The notes: generated from the letters alone by a model not told the origin. A stretch of 64,000 bases of DNA from Hormiphora californensis (GCA_020137815.1 CM035358.1:1488001-1552000), one strand, 5' to 3'; positions 38,701 to 51,144 are shown, numbered from the stretch's first letter. Translations and numbers: made by a program.

Positions 38701-40678
38701 ACACCCTGTAGTAGGGGTCCCGCCTCCTCATACCTGTACATGGTTTTAATAATAACAAATATTGTGTGTCAAGTTGACACTGTCAACTGTCAACTACCCA
38801 TGTTCGTACTGAGTATTTAATGGTAATAACAGAGAGTGGTCAAAATTGTTGAAAAAGTGCTGGCAATGAGAATTTTGGGATTCAAAAAGTGCTGGAATTT
38901 TGCTATTGCACGTTGACGTCAATAATGCCTCTCTTCCGCCGGTCGCGGAGCCAATTTCTCTAATAAACGTCCTAGGGTGTTCCGATTGGTCTATATTTAC
39001 TCCCTATAACCGTGGATGGTCGATAAATTGAGTTTTAGGGGGTGAAAGATGGGTGCTGGCATCCAGCAATGGGGCAGCAATGGATCAATTTTACAGAAAA
39101 AGTTACTGTGTCAATATGGCCTCTCTGTCACCGGTCGCGAGGCAAATTTCTCCAATAAACGTCCTAGGGTGTTCCAATTGGTCTATATTTACTCCCTATA
39201 ACCGTGGATAGTCGATAAATAGAGTTTTAGGGGGTGCTGGCTGGGTGCTGGGATCCAGCAATGGGGCAGCAATGGATCAATTTTACAGAAAAAGTTACTG
39301 TGTCAATATGGCCTCTCTGTCACCGGTCGCGAGGCAAATTTCTCCAATAAACGTCCTAGGGTGTTCCAATTGGTCTATATTTACTCCCTATAACCGTGGA
39401 TAGTCGATAAATTGAGTCTTAGGGGGTGAAGAATGGGTGCTGGCATCCAGCAATATGCAGCAATGAGACACGTTTACATTGCTGCCCCATTGCTGGATCC
39501 CAGCACCCAGCCAGCACCCCCTAAAACTCTATTTATCGACTATCCACGGTTATAGGGAGTAAATATAGACCAATTGGAACACCCTAGGACGTTTATTGGA
39601 GAAATTTGCCTCGCGACCGGTGGCAGAGAGGCTATATTGACATAGTAACTTTTTCTGTAAAATCGATCCATTGCTGCCCCATTGCTGGATGCCAGCACCC
39701 AGCCAGCACCCCCTAAGACTCAATATATCGACTACCCACGGTTATAAGGAGTAAATATAGACCAATTGGAACACCCTAGGACGTTTATTAGAGAAATTTG
39801 CTTCGCGACCGGTGGTAGAGAGGCCAATATATTGGCATAGTAAGTTTTTCTGTAAAATCGATCAAAAATAGCACCTAATGTCGACAATATATGGACCAAT
39901 AGGAGCACGCCAGACTCAATTTAATAGTTCCCTCTTAAATTTCAAAATGTGCTGGGAGTTTACCAAAATGTGCTGGCAAGCGCATTGCTACATTGTCAAC
40001 AATTTTGACCTGGGATGCAGCTCCTGATGTTGTACACTTAGGAACCTCTATAAAAATCCTACAAATACCTCTTGTGTTTTGTCAGAGTTGCCAGTGTATC
40101 CACTCCACCAACCAACATGTGCAAGTGGTTAAGAGTGGTTATAGAGGTGGTTAGGTTCCGTTTAGCATGGTCTAGCTGCTTAATATCTCGTGTTATCTCC
40201 TTAACAGTCGTCTCACTCTCCTCAGCCTTGTTCCGGATCTCTTTAATCTTCTCAAAAAGTGTAGCGATTGATTGTTTCGCGTGCTCCAAGGCATCTTTCC
40301 CCTCTTCAGCGGCTGTTGTTTGGTCCTTTATCAAGTGTCGTATATCCGTATCCAGCTGTCGTATCTTTCCATTCATCTTACTTACCTGGGGGGGAGGGAG
40401 GGGGATTATTGTTTGAGATATTCTAATTTAAGTTAGATAATGTACATTTCGTAAAACCCCGTCAAAACAAGGAAAAACGGATTTTCCATACTTACCACGT
40501 CATCGATGTTAGATAAGCTTTGTTCCGTAGGAAAGATAGTGTTAATGTAGTCTATAACTGAGAAGTTCTTGCTCTGTAGAGGGTCGTCAGAGGGAAGGAG
40601 TTCAGCAATTGCAGCCTCTACTTCAGGTTCGAACTCGAGGGATATGTCCTCTGTTAGGTGCTGGATACAATTCTCCAT
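35724..40678 (-). CDS. VPS53: GARP/EARP complex subunit VPS53
   Basis: Exons 40496-40678, 40069-40385, 38596-38733, 38101-38307, 37805-37910, 37219-37640, 37007-37103, 36759-36877, 36545-36631, 35724-36398. Motifs [99 protein letters not shown]. Two indels are needed in exon 37219-37640. Confidence 0.95.
38329..38437. mobile_element. Short hAT-type MITE (copy 2)
   Basis: TIR aggaaccgaccga / tcggtcggttcct; 8-bp duplication gaggggat (38321-38328 and 38438-38445). Confidence 0.85.
38838..40010. mobile_element. Foldback-type non-autonomous DNA transposon in a VPS53 intron
   Basis: TIR ggtcaaaattgttga / tcaacaattttgacc; three tandem units of about 192 bp (about 38927, 39119, 39311) followed by two inverted units (about 39477-39863). 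Confidence 0.8.
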
Positions 40679-41072
40679 ACTAAGATAAGACATGGTTAAA
40701 GAGTTGATTATCAACTGGGAGTGAGGTCAGGTAATTTCAAGAAAATTCTTCAATCGGGGGTATGTTGGGGGTTTATCATCATGGAGATTGGAGATGTCAA
40801 GTCAAGAAGACTCGGGTCGTCAGGATTTGCCCGTTTAGCGCGCGGAACACAGCATGTGTTGTTCCGCGCGCTACGCACAAGAACACTAAATTTGCCACAT
40901 TGCGACAAGAATGAGACACATCCATAAATTGCCAAAGGCAAAGTTGGCGGAAACTAGGTCAAAATTGAGTTGCTTGACACTGTGTCCGATGAAGAATTCA
41001 AGATCAAGTCAGAAAATTGAGAAAACTTAGAAGAGAATAGCAAAAATAATAAATTACAGATCAGTCACAATT

Positions 41073-43158
41073 TCACCATTCATCATCCTTATCAATAGCA
41101 TCTTTATCCTTAATAAATTTAATATCCTTCCCTTGAATAACTTTCTTTGGTTGCTGTAGTTTCCCCTCCTTTAACAGATCGGGAAGAACTGAACTCTCCA
41201 CGTGTACCTCATCAATTCCATCCGAGAACAGAGCTACCCGTTCCTTGAAGTGCTCTGAAGGAAGTGAATTAGTACTAAATTAACATTATTCTGCATTCAA
41301 CCAGAGTAGTACACTCTAACATAGAGACAGTAAATACTACAAATTTGTACATTGGGACCAATACCTTCAGGATTTATGTAGAGTGTCTCGTCTGGTTCAT
41401 CAAACAGAATGGTAGAGTTTCCGATTCCTTTGTGGGCCTGCCTACATTCCTCTATCCAAAGTTGCACACCTTCCTTAGCCTCCTTTCGGTGAGTTACATA
41501 CATACTCAGAGGGGCTCCTGAAGAGGGGTGGTTACACGGTTAGAGGGGCTCCTGAAGAGGGGGAGGGGTGGTTACATACTCAGAGGGGCTCCTGGGGGGA
41601 GGGGTGGTTACACGGTTAGGGGGACTCCTGGGGGGGGGGGCTGTAGTAATATTTAAAAGGTCTGATTTTCCTAGTAAAGGGGGTCAAGGTTCTATAACAG
41701 TAACTTACCCTCGAATTCATCACCCCTCTCCTCCCTCCTCAGCACCCAGTACCACCTCTGAACCCTACCCACCCAGATAGAATGAGGTCCAGTCACTCTC
41801 ATCGTATCATCAGGTATCTGCAGCATTGCCAGATCCTGCTGCGTCCTGGACACAATGGACATCCCAGACACCTCCCCGTCCATCCCCTTAATCTCAGACA
41901 CCTCACAATCCTGGTCCATAGTCCTCTCAGCAACATAAGCTGCCATTGCCTTGTTATCTTTGGTCAGAGCAGTGTAATCATAACTACCATCTTGTAGTGG
42001 ATATGGGTTCCGTTTCTCGTGCACGTGCCACCACCATCCCCACTCACGTGTCATCTGAGTTATCTCATGTTTCTCCCCGAATACACGTACTATATTGCGG
42101 TACAGTTTAAATGAGGGCTTTAACCGCCGTTCAGTTCCAATTTGAATGATGTCCCGAGCTATAAAGAGGCCTGGTTGAGGTTTAGGAAAGAGGGAGTTTA
42201 TAAATCCGATAGTTTGATACTGATGGGGTGGGAAACACTCAATTAGATCCTCAAATAGCTCGATTTCATCAATCAACTCGTACTCGTACATGCGTTTAAT
42301 GCACCAATTAACGAACTGTGGGTGGTCTTTTTTCAGTCGGGGGTTTCGGTCTTTGTAGAGTTGAATAGCCGCTCGTAATACTTCCATCTAGGAGTGAAAA
42401 GAATAATAATAGTTGAACAGTTCAAACTTCAATATAAAGGGATAAATGGGAATTGCGAAACAGGTGTGCTAGGTCGTTTATTTATTTTCCAAGGGGGAAG
42501 TACGTCATGAAACTGTATCTTCCGACTAACTTTCTTCTCTTTTTCAGCCATCTGTTCCTCCTCAGTTAGAGCTAAACTATCGTTGTACTTTGACTCATCA
42601 AATGTCTCTAGACCCCTGAAATGAATAAAAATTAAATTTGAGTTGAACTAAAAGATTTAATCTATACAGTTTTACCGGCACTTGCCGTGTGTCTTCACCG
42701 ACAAGATCAAGAATGCTACCAAAACACAAGTCTTACATGGATTTGTGTTTTTCCTTGAATGTATTTCTCTCTTTATCCTGCCAAGAAACGAAGTCTGGCT
42801 CCCCCTGCTTATGAAACCGGAATCTTGCTAAATATCGCCGCTGCGGTACTGAAAGAGGAGAGAGTCTAGTCTAGTAAAATCAATTGAAACCTTCCCTAAA
42901 TAAACTTAAACTATATTACTGCTGGACAATGTGTAGGTACCAGTCCTCCTCCAACATTAGAGGAGGACCATTAGAAAATACATTTCACAATACATTTCAC
43001 AATACATTTCACAATACATTTCACAATACATTTCACAATACATTTCACAATACATTTCACAGATCTAAGGTTTTGACACATCAGCTCATGTGTTCCTTAC
43101 CCTGATGTGATGATGAAGCATAGCTTCGCAGGCAAATCTGAGTTGCAAACCTCCTCAT
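41073..43158 (-). CDS. ECSIT: ECSIT-like mitochondrial complex I assembly factor
   Basis: Exons 43101-43158 (MRRFATQICLRSYASSS, presequence-like), 42737-42848, 42531-42615, 41709-42387, 41365-41517, 41073-41254. H.QFV....KRM.EY......ELFEDLIECFP, VRVFG......W...HEKRNPYPL and VTGPHSIWVGRVQRWYWVLR follow the ECSIT N- and C-domain pattern. Confidence 0.75.
42978..43061. repeat. 12-bp tandem repeat (aatacatttcac), about 7 copies
   Basis: Direct reading; ECSIT intron 1. Confidence 0.9.
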
Positions 43159-43914
43159 TAGGACATCACACTGCTAGAAAGGAAGGGATCAAGAGTCAAT
43201 GCACATTTAAAATGTTGTAATAAGTTCCCGCTTGGGAGAAACAATAACACGACTACTTTGGAAGGTTTTTCAATCAGATAACATCAGATGACAATTGACA
43301 TGGTATGATAAGATGATAGACATCATACTATTATTAAAGCAAATAGGGAAATCCCATGTCCCGTTTTTTTAACCAAATATGGCACAAAATTCCTGGAAAT
43401 GGCCTTTTGCACGTGTTGTCCCTAGAGGGACCCTGGCAACCTGCCAGCTTGAGCCTTAAACTGCACGTGCATCCTTGATTCATCTCTCTGCCGGTTGTGT
43501 GATTGATCGTTTGCTCGATTTGATCTGTTCACCACGTTTCTTGAACATGACTACTCAACTTCAACACAATCGCCAGCGAGTTTGGAGGAGCCATATGTCC
43601 CAAACTGGCGCTGACGCCTATAGACTACGTGATCGAATCCTACAAAAGAGGTGATTACTATTCAAAAAATGTTGTCAACACACGTAATAACAAAGTATCA
43701 ATGGCACTAACAAGAAATGACAGTAATACGTGAAAGTATTTTGCCAATGTACTCCTTCATAAAATACTTCAGGACCTGGCAAAAGAGGACCCGTGGTTTT
43801 TCTGTCAAAAGAATCCCTTTGGTTAATTTACCTGATAAATTTACTGATTTAAAAAATTTCAAATGGTACTACACTATTTGCTTAGGTTACTGTATGACCA
43901 TTGACCATCCCCGA

Positions 43915-43946
43915 CATTCGCCCGTAGGGCGAGCGGGCTTACTAGT
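43915..43946 (+). mobile_element. Helitron-like 3' terminus
   Basis: GC-rich hairpin tcgccc-gta-gggcga (43918-43932), then about 9 nt, then CTAG followed by T. 5' end not located. Confidence 0.55.
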
Positions 43947-44023
43947 ATATCTAATATAAAATTAAAGATAAATTATCAAACATATAATAAACTACAAAGG
44001 TATAAATTCACATCATCGCACAA

Positions 44024-44983
44024 TTACCAAAATAGATTCTTCCCTAATCGTTCCCTCAATTCTCCAGCATATCGTAAGATATCCGTGTCTTCAACTTCAT
44101 TGACATCCCAAGTTTTGAAATCCGACAAGGTATCCCTCCAGTGAGGACCAGCTACAGCGCCCCTAACCCTCACCCTCTCTATCCACTCTGCCATACTCTT
44201 CACTTTGTAATGGTTCAGTTGAATGATGTCACTTGTAGGGTGGTTGCGTTTCCAATTCGTGGAAACTCTCTCAAACTTCTCAGTAACTAAAGGATGACTG
44301 GAGGGGAACATGGGATAGTGGATGGTTTTCAGCCAGGAGAAATATTTGGGTTGGATTATGGTTTTGTAAAGACGATCCAGTTTAGCTTGCCGTTTAGTGT
44401 AGGACTCAATTACAAGTGTTTCAGGTTTCTCAATATGTCCATTACTACCAAACCACGCCCATCCCATTGTAATTCCACCGTACGATTTGTAACTATCCAG
44501 AATTTCCAGGACAGTTTTTCCGTTTTTTGGCAGAATAAATTCATCGTCATCAATTAACGCAGTCCACTGAGACTGACATCCGTATTTAGCCAGAGAGTGG
44601 ACGATGGCATTTTGTTGGGTTTTAACCCCCAACTGTAGACTCTCATCCCGATAACTCACATCTCCCCAGTGTGTGAGTGTCACTATATTCCCCTCTATAT
44701 AAGGCCTGAGTACAGCTGTCAGATTGTCCCTACTGTTATTGTCAATCAGGTAGAAATGCTCTACTCCCTGAATCCGGTGGTATTCGATCCACTCCCTGAT
44801 GTACGGAGCAGAGTTCTTTAGAATGGATGTGATTGTGAGAGGGTACACTGTTGAAGAATCGCAGTTTACAAGCAGGTTCTCATCGGGCCTCTCACCCCTT
44901 AACACAAAACGTATGTCAACGACGTATAGGTAGAGAACGAGCGCAAATCCGAACAAACCAATTAGATATTTCTTGCGAACCAT
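44024..44983 (-). CDS. Type II membrane GT-A fold glycosyltransferase (GT92/GT2-like), intronless CDS, 319 aa
   Basis: N-terminal RKK plus TM helix; ITSILKNSAPYIREWIEYHRIQGVEHFYLIDNNSRD, WTALIDDDEFILP (DxD), WAWFGSNGH, KTIIQP, IQLNHYKVKS..EW. Confidence 0.88.
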   Translation of the reverse strand: MVRKKYLIGLFGFALVLYLYVVDIRFVLRGERPDENLLVNCDSSTVYPLTITSILKNSAPYIREWIEYHRIQGVEHFYLIDNNSRDNLTAVLRPYIEGNIVTLTHWGDVSYRDESLQLGVKTQQNAIVHSLAKYGCQSQWTALIDDDEFILPKNGKTVLEILDSYKSYGGITMGWAWFGSNGHIEKPETLVIESYTKRQAKLDRLYKTIIQPKYFSWLKTIHYPMFPSSHPLVTEKFERVSTNWKRNHPTSDIIQLNHYKVKSMAEWIERVRVRGAVAGPHWRDTLSDFKTWDVNEVEDTDILRYAGELRERLGKNLFW

Positions 44984-45246
44984 GATGCCGATCTTTTAGA
45001 AGTACAGGGGATTCTCTTTTCGATCCATTCCAAATCACTAGGAGAAAATGAAATGAGAACTTAATGAATAACAGGTAAAAATAGGATATTTATTTATTCG
45101 TGGATTGTACCAGGGAATATCTTAATGAACTTGACAACACTGTTGACTGCAATAAGGCACAATTTTAGAAGATATCAAACAGTATGTTTCTCGACTTTTC
45201 CATTGCACATTGCACAACGCGTGAACAGCGACAGTAGGGCCCAAGA

Positions 45247-45506
45247 AAATACAAATACAAATACAGTTATAATTTATATCCCGCTTTTGGGCCTATAATG
45301 CATTGTTAGTGCTAGGAGGACGCCGTTTCAATCAGTCGATTGAAGCAACGCACCCACCACTAACAAGCCTTCTAAAGCGGCTGTCTTTTCAGCCAAAAAG
45401 TTACTATTTTCGTCATTTGGGTAGACCGACAGGTTTTGTGTGGGAAAAAGTTAAAATCTGGGTGCCTTCCATTGCTAACAATTCATCGATTTTCGCGGTT
45501 GAGACG
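45247..45506 (-). mobile_element. 3' fragment of a LINE/SINE with (TATTTG)n tail, copy 1
   Basis: 45247-45382 is nearly identical to 55267-55402; simple-repeat tail at the minus-strand 3' end. Confidence 0.65.
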
Positions 45507-48500
45507 GTCTTGTAGTCTTGTAGTCTTGTAGTCCTCTTTGTGCAGATACTGCACAGGTGTCAGCTCCTCATAGAGCCTCCCCCTCCCTGGAAGCTATTCG
45601 TGCCCAGTCAAGAATTGAGTTATTATTCTGTCGAGAATATCCAGTCACCGGGGGACGGTCTGGGAATCTCTTCAGCCATTTACCAAGGAGCACTTTGAAT
45701 GAGGCTAGGTCTTCTGCCGTATTCACATTGCTTGGTAGAGTATTCCAAAGTCGAGCCGCTCTGCAGGCAAAGGAGTTATGGTACTTCGTAGCGACAGACA
45801 CTTGTGTGGTGGTGGGGGATGTTGGAACCTCAGCTTTCTTTCCAAGTCTTGTGTTATCGTGGAATGTCAGCCCAATGTTGTTGGGAGCACTTCCATTCGC
45901 CATCTTCCACACCATGATGATAGAGTAGCGTTCCCGACGTCGCTGCATGGAGTGTAAGTTCAGTTTTTTCAAGCGATCCCAGTAGCTCAGGTCGCTCATT
46001 CCAAGAATGCGTTTGGTGAACTTTCTCTGTACTGCTTCAACACTCATAATGTCAGAGATTTTGGGTGAGTCCCAAAGTGGGCAGCAATATTCCAGCTTGC
46101 TTCTGACAAGACTTTTGTAGAGGATGAGCATTGTCTTGGGCTGTCTTGTTTTGAAAGCACGTAGAACCCATCCACTTATCCTTCGGGCTTCTGCAGTCAT
46201 GTTTCCTATGTGCTGATCCCAAGACAGGTCATTGGACAATTGGACCCCAAGATCCCGTACACAGAGTTTTGGTTCAATCTCAGACCCATCTGGGGTGTAG
46301 TAGATGTCAAGCTCCGAGGTAAAGGGGAGCTGTCTGAGCAAGAGTGTTTTATTGAGCGTGTAGTGCAGAACTTCGAATTTTTCCTCGTTTAAGCTCATGT
46401 TATTTGCTCGTGACCATCGTCCTATTTCACTCAAATCTTTCTGGAGTTGCAATTGAGATTCCTCAGTTTCTATAGCTTTGATGAGTTTAGTATCATCTGC
46501 CAGGGTTTTTGGTAGGGAATGCTGCACTGCTGAGACAAGGTCTGCAACATAGACGATGAAGAGTGGTGGACCAAGCACGGTTCCTTGAGGGACTCCGCTT
46601 CGCACCCTTTCCCATGAGGACCGTTCACCATCCACTACGACAGTTTGGTATCTGTCAGTTAAGAAGCACCGGATCCAGTTCAGGACTTTACCCCGGAGTC
46701 CATATCGTTCGAGTTTGGCTATGAGGATGTTTGTATCAACCTTATCAAACGCTTTTGCGTAGTCAATGTATATAACATCCACTTCGTTACCATCTCGGAG
46801 TTGTTTGAGTATGGTGTCGACGTGCTCGATAAGTTGAGTCAGGCAACTGCGATTTTTTCGGAATCCGTGTTGAGATTCTGGAAATACACTGTTTTCCTCA
46901 AAGAAGACAACAATCTGGTTCCTCATGACTCTTTCAAACTGTTTTGATTATGTTAGAGGTCAATGAAACTGGCCGATAGTTTGCTGCCTTGGTCCTATCC
47001 CCCTTCTTGAATATTGGTACGATTTGTTGGTTTTTCAGGAAAGAGGGAATTGTCCCTTTATCCATCGATCGCCTCCATAGGAGCCATAGGGGGTAGGCAA
47101 GCTGAGCTCGACATTCATACAGAATTCTTGCAGGGATGTCACCTTCTGGGGCTGCTCCATAGGGGTTTATCTCCTTCATCGCTAACTCTATGTCTTCAGG
47201 GGTAAAATCGAAGTCTTCCAGAAAATTCTTGGGTTCATCGATTGTCCAGGAGAGGCCGTTTTCTGCATCAACTTGTCCAGGGTCGCTAAAAACACGAACA
47301 TACTGCTTCTGTAGTAACTGTGCTTTCTCTGCACTCTCAGTGGCAAGAGTTCCGTCTTCTCTTTTAATTGGAGCGATGTTTGATGCTGTCTTGGATAGTT
47401 TTTTGGCATATGAGAAGAAGTACCTGGGATTTTCTTTGATTGTAGCAACAGCACTCTCCTCCTCTTGGTCTAGGCTTTCAATAATCCTCTCTTTCACTTG
47501 TTCGTTTAGGTCCGCCAGTTTTTCGTGAAGCTCTCTTTCCTCTTGGGGGTCGGGGCCGGGTTCCTTATTGAGCTTTTTCCTGATTTTCCTGGCTTTCCTT
47601 TTTAGGGGTTCTTTGATCTTTCTTTTCGGCTTCCGCAGTATCTTCTTAACTGGGAGGGTTTCTTCTGCAATTTCGAGGACTACTTTCACTACAACATCTA
47701 GGAACTGTTCATCTGTCCCTTCCTCCTGGTCGCAGTAATCTGGGATTTTGTCCCAATCGATTTTGCACAGTTGAGTTTTCATAGGGTTGTAGTCCACGTT
47801 ATGTAACTTGAACTTTCGAAACGGGTCCTCTTCAGTCTTTTCTATAGTTTGGCTTACGAGGGGGTTGTAAGCAAGAGTGCACTCCACCATCCGGTGGTCA
47901 GAGATCTTAACTTCTGTAGTCTCCACATTTACAAAGTAATCCGGTGTGTTGGTGAGCACTATGTCCAGTATGTTTGGTCCTCTGGTCGGTGTTTTTACCA
48001 CTTTTTCCAGAAAGTTTTCATTGATCAGCTCCACGGTTTGCTGGTATGGTCCGTTTCCTCTCAATCCTCCGACTTTAGTGTTAAGACTTTCCCAGTTCAT
48101 CTGAGGTAAGTTGAAGTCCCCAAGTAACACTATTTCAGGTTCTTCACCATTCTTGCAGATGCTATCAATCTCCTCTTGTAGTTTTCTCATTGCTTCTCCA
48201 AAGGACGATTCATGAGCGTCTGGGGGCCGGTAGACGCATCCCAGTAGCAGGTTATGCTCTTCTGAGAATGCAGTCACTACGCTTGTTTGATTGTCGCTCC
48301 ACGATAGTTGTTTTGTGATAGGGATTTCCTCGTTGACGTACAGAAGACATCCTCCGCCAATTTTTATGTCCCTATCAGATCTTAGGACAGCATATCCGGG
48401 GACTGATACTTGAGCGTCTGAGATGTAGCTTTTAAGCCATGTCTCCGTGATGCCCATTGCGAGGACGGGGGGTTCATGCTTTTCAGGAGACAGATACATC

Positions 48501-48897
48501 TCCTTGATGTAGGGGAGTTTCCACTTTGTCTCCCCTCCAGCTGCAGGTGAAATTGACCTGCAGTTTAATAGGTAAACCTTTGAGAGAGGTGATACGGTTG
48601 ATATGTCGGATGGGTAGCTCCGAATCCCAGGATTGGATGTTCCTGGCTGGGTGTTGGAAGATCTCCGAACAGGGGTTTTATTGGAGAGCCTGTCTCTCGA
48701 GAATGCACGGACCGTGTCAGAAACTGGATTTGTTGAGCCTGAGCAGAGAATCCCTCCTTCATCTCTCTGATCAGGTCCTGGAGAAAATCCATTGTCACAG
48801 GAGCTGCAGGTGTTACTGGTTCTGCTTTCTGATCCAGTACCGTTGCATAATTGGCTCCAGATTTTACAGCCGTTTTGGGTTGTGTTTGCTGTAAAAA
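45507..48897 (-). mobile_element. 5'-truncated CR1-group non-LTR retrotransposon (ORF1 C-terminus, ORF2 APE endonuclease plus RT)
   Basis: APE motifs LLNCRSI, GITETWL, CVYRPP, LGDFNLP, PTRGPNILD, SDH; RT motifs NYRPVSLTS, QHGFR, DYAKAFD, GVPQGTVLGP, LADDTKL, RDLGV, ARLWNTLP. One frameshift at about 46938 (IKT-FERVMRNQ). 3' tail (ACTACAAG)n at 45507-45533. Confidence 0.95.
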
Positions 48898-51144
48898 CGG
48901 GTTGGGGCTGTTGTTAGGGTCGGGTTAGGGTTTTGTTTGGGGTTATCGGTTAGGGCTATCGATTCTCTATCAGATACCGTTTAGTAATTAGTTTACTCAA
49001 ATCGGCCATGTGGTTCACCGGCTATCGCACTGCAAGGCACCCTTTTGTGTGCTGCTGAAGAGAAGAAAATGGAAAAACGAGCCAAAAAGTGGGGAAATTT
49101 TTGAAAAATTGTATAGGGATCCCTAAAAAAGTTCAGTATTTACACAGCGTTTACACAGTCTTTACACAGTCGTTACACCCAGAGCGCCCGCGCCGCTCTG
49201 GGTGTAAAGACTGCGTCTTTCGCACTCGATTTGCAGCGTTTTTGGAATTTTTTTTCGCCGCAGCGCTCAATTTACTCAATTGTGCAGCACACAATCCAAT
49301 ATTTTCTTAGAAAAAGCCGCAAAACGCAGCACGCGCCGCTCTGGGTGTAACGACTGTGTAAAGACTGTGTAAACGTTGGCCTATGCTACAGGCCCTATGC
49401 TACAGGCCCTAAAGGGCCTAGGGGGTCGTACGCGCAGTAGTGAAATGCTGTCAAACTATGGACTTTCAATAAGAGATTTAACAAACGCGCGCGACGTAAA
49501 GTTATATCAAACTGTGGCAAATTGGACACGAGGGCTGCTGAAAAGTGATGCCAATCGGTGTTGGGGTTGTTAAAGACATCATGAGCAACTTTCTTGCCTT
49601 GTTTGAACAAAACAACAATTTTCAAGGTGAAAAAACTAAACTTGGAAAAATCACGTTACAAAAAATACAGGTTTACAGGTTTACAAATAAAGTAATGGTG
49701 ACACTAAAGTCGGATTTTTTGAAACTGTCACCCCCCTGAAATAACAAAATTTGTCATATCTCCGGTTCCTGATAAGATAGCGACTTGAAATTTGGAGGTT
49801 CGAAAGAACTTAGCAAGATCTTTGTAACCTCCAAATTTCAAGTCTCTATCTCATCAGGAACCGGACTTATGGTCATTTAAAGAAATTTGAAAACTCTAAA
49901 AAACGACAGTTATTTAAAATCAGAGTATATATGTATAGATCTTCCCTTTATGGGTCCACCTAAAATCTAAATTAAAATACTCGTCTCCTCACGCCCTCTC
50001 CCTAGACACATACAGCACATTGAGGGGAAATATTATTGGGAAATTAAGGATATACAAGAGTCACTCTTACACATTAAACTTGTTCATGGTGCTCCAGGAT
50101 AGTACATTTAACAATCAATGTCTCCACTGCACTGAAATCCTTGCAGTTTACAGCCATCAGCAGAGGTAGGGCCATCTAAGGACCAATGTTAGCTTGATGC
50201 ACAACAGGGAGATTACGGCTTAGCTCCGTGGGTGCCTTAACCGACTTCAACAGTCCCGTGATGATGAAAAAACATGTGCCCTCCCTCCCTTGATTGTGGG
50301 AACCATAGGAAGAGTGAACTCGTCTAGATTATCTGCCGTAATGATCACACCTGAATTGAAAACCGTTACATATTTGAGAGATAGAGAGAGATAGTGCACA
50401 TAAAATAACGTTGTGCGACGTGACTCCCACGTGAATTTTGGCCGCTCCCACACTGTACTTGTTTTGTTCGGGGAAGGAGGGTCGAACAAGACAACACTGT
50501 ACCTGGAAAATGGCGAGTTTCAGGTGTCCATGTCGTTGTAGTTCATCACACACCTTGGCAATTTAAAGTTGTCGTGGGGAAGGTCGTGGAAGGTCTAACG
50601 TGGTCAATAATACCTGAGAAAAGACAGAGATTTTAGTAACGATCTTAGTGTGTGTCCGTTTGTGAGTATGACATGGTGTGATAGTGTCCGTTCGTGAATA
50701 ATGCTCTGAGGGGTATTTTGTAGAGTCCGAGGGGTTTCTAGTGGATATATTGGTGTATTTAGGGGGGTTTTAGGGGCATCTAGCAAGTGAGAGTGAGAGG
50801 TGACGTGGGCTTATAATTGTTAAGCACGGTGTACCCTCTCTTTTTGGGAAGGGGGAGGGAGAGAAAGAGGGTACCTGACTCCTGAGTAGTTGAGAGTGAG
50901 AGGTAGCGTGGGCTAACTGAGAGATGGGGTAATAAATAAGGATTGGGCAGCCGGTAGCTTTAAAATTAGGGTGGGGTACTAAGTACTAACATGAATGTTG
51001 GAGATGGCGATGTTGGTCTTGATAGCGATGTAGCATTTAGCGATGGAGAGATAGCATCTAGTGATGCAAAGATTAGATCTCTAGATAGAGATAGAGAGAT
51101 AACATCTAGGTTAGAATCTAGGTGGAATAAAAGGTGATGAGAGG

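Noticed and set aside
35724-40678. VPS53 as a pseudogene
   Set aside because: Strong conservation and intact splice sites; similar indels in other genes point to consensus error.
44024-44983. Bacterial contamination
   Set aside because: Embedded among spliceosomal-intron genes, with an upstream acceptor and a eukaryote-type TM anchor.
48905-48956. Telomeric array
   Set aside because: Only a few scattered TTAGGG units, not a tandem tract.
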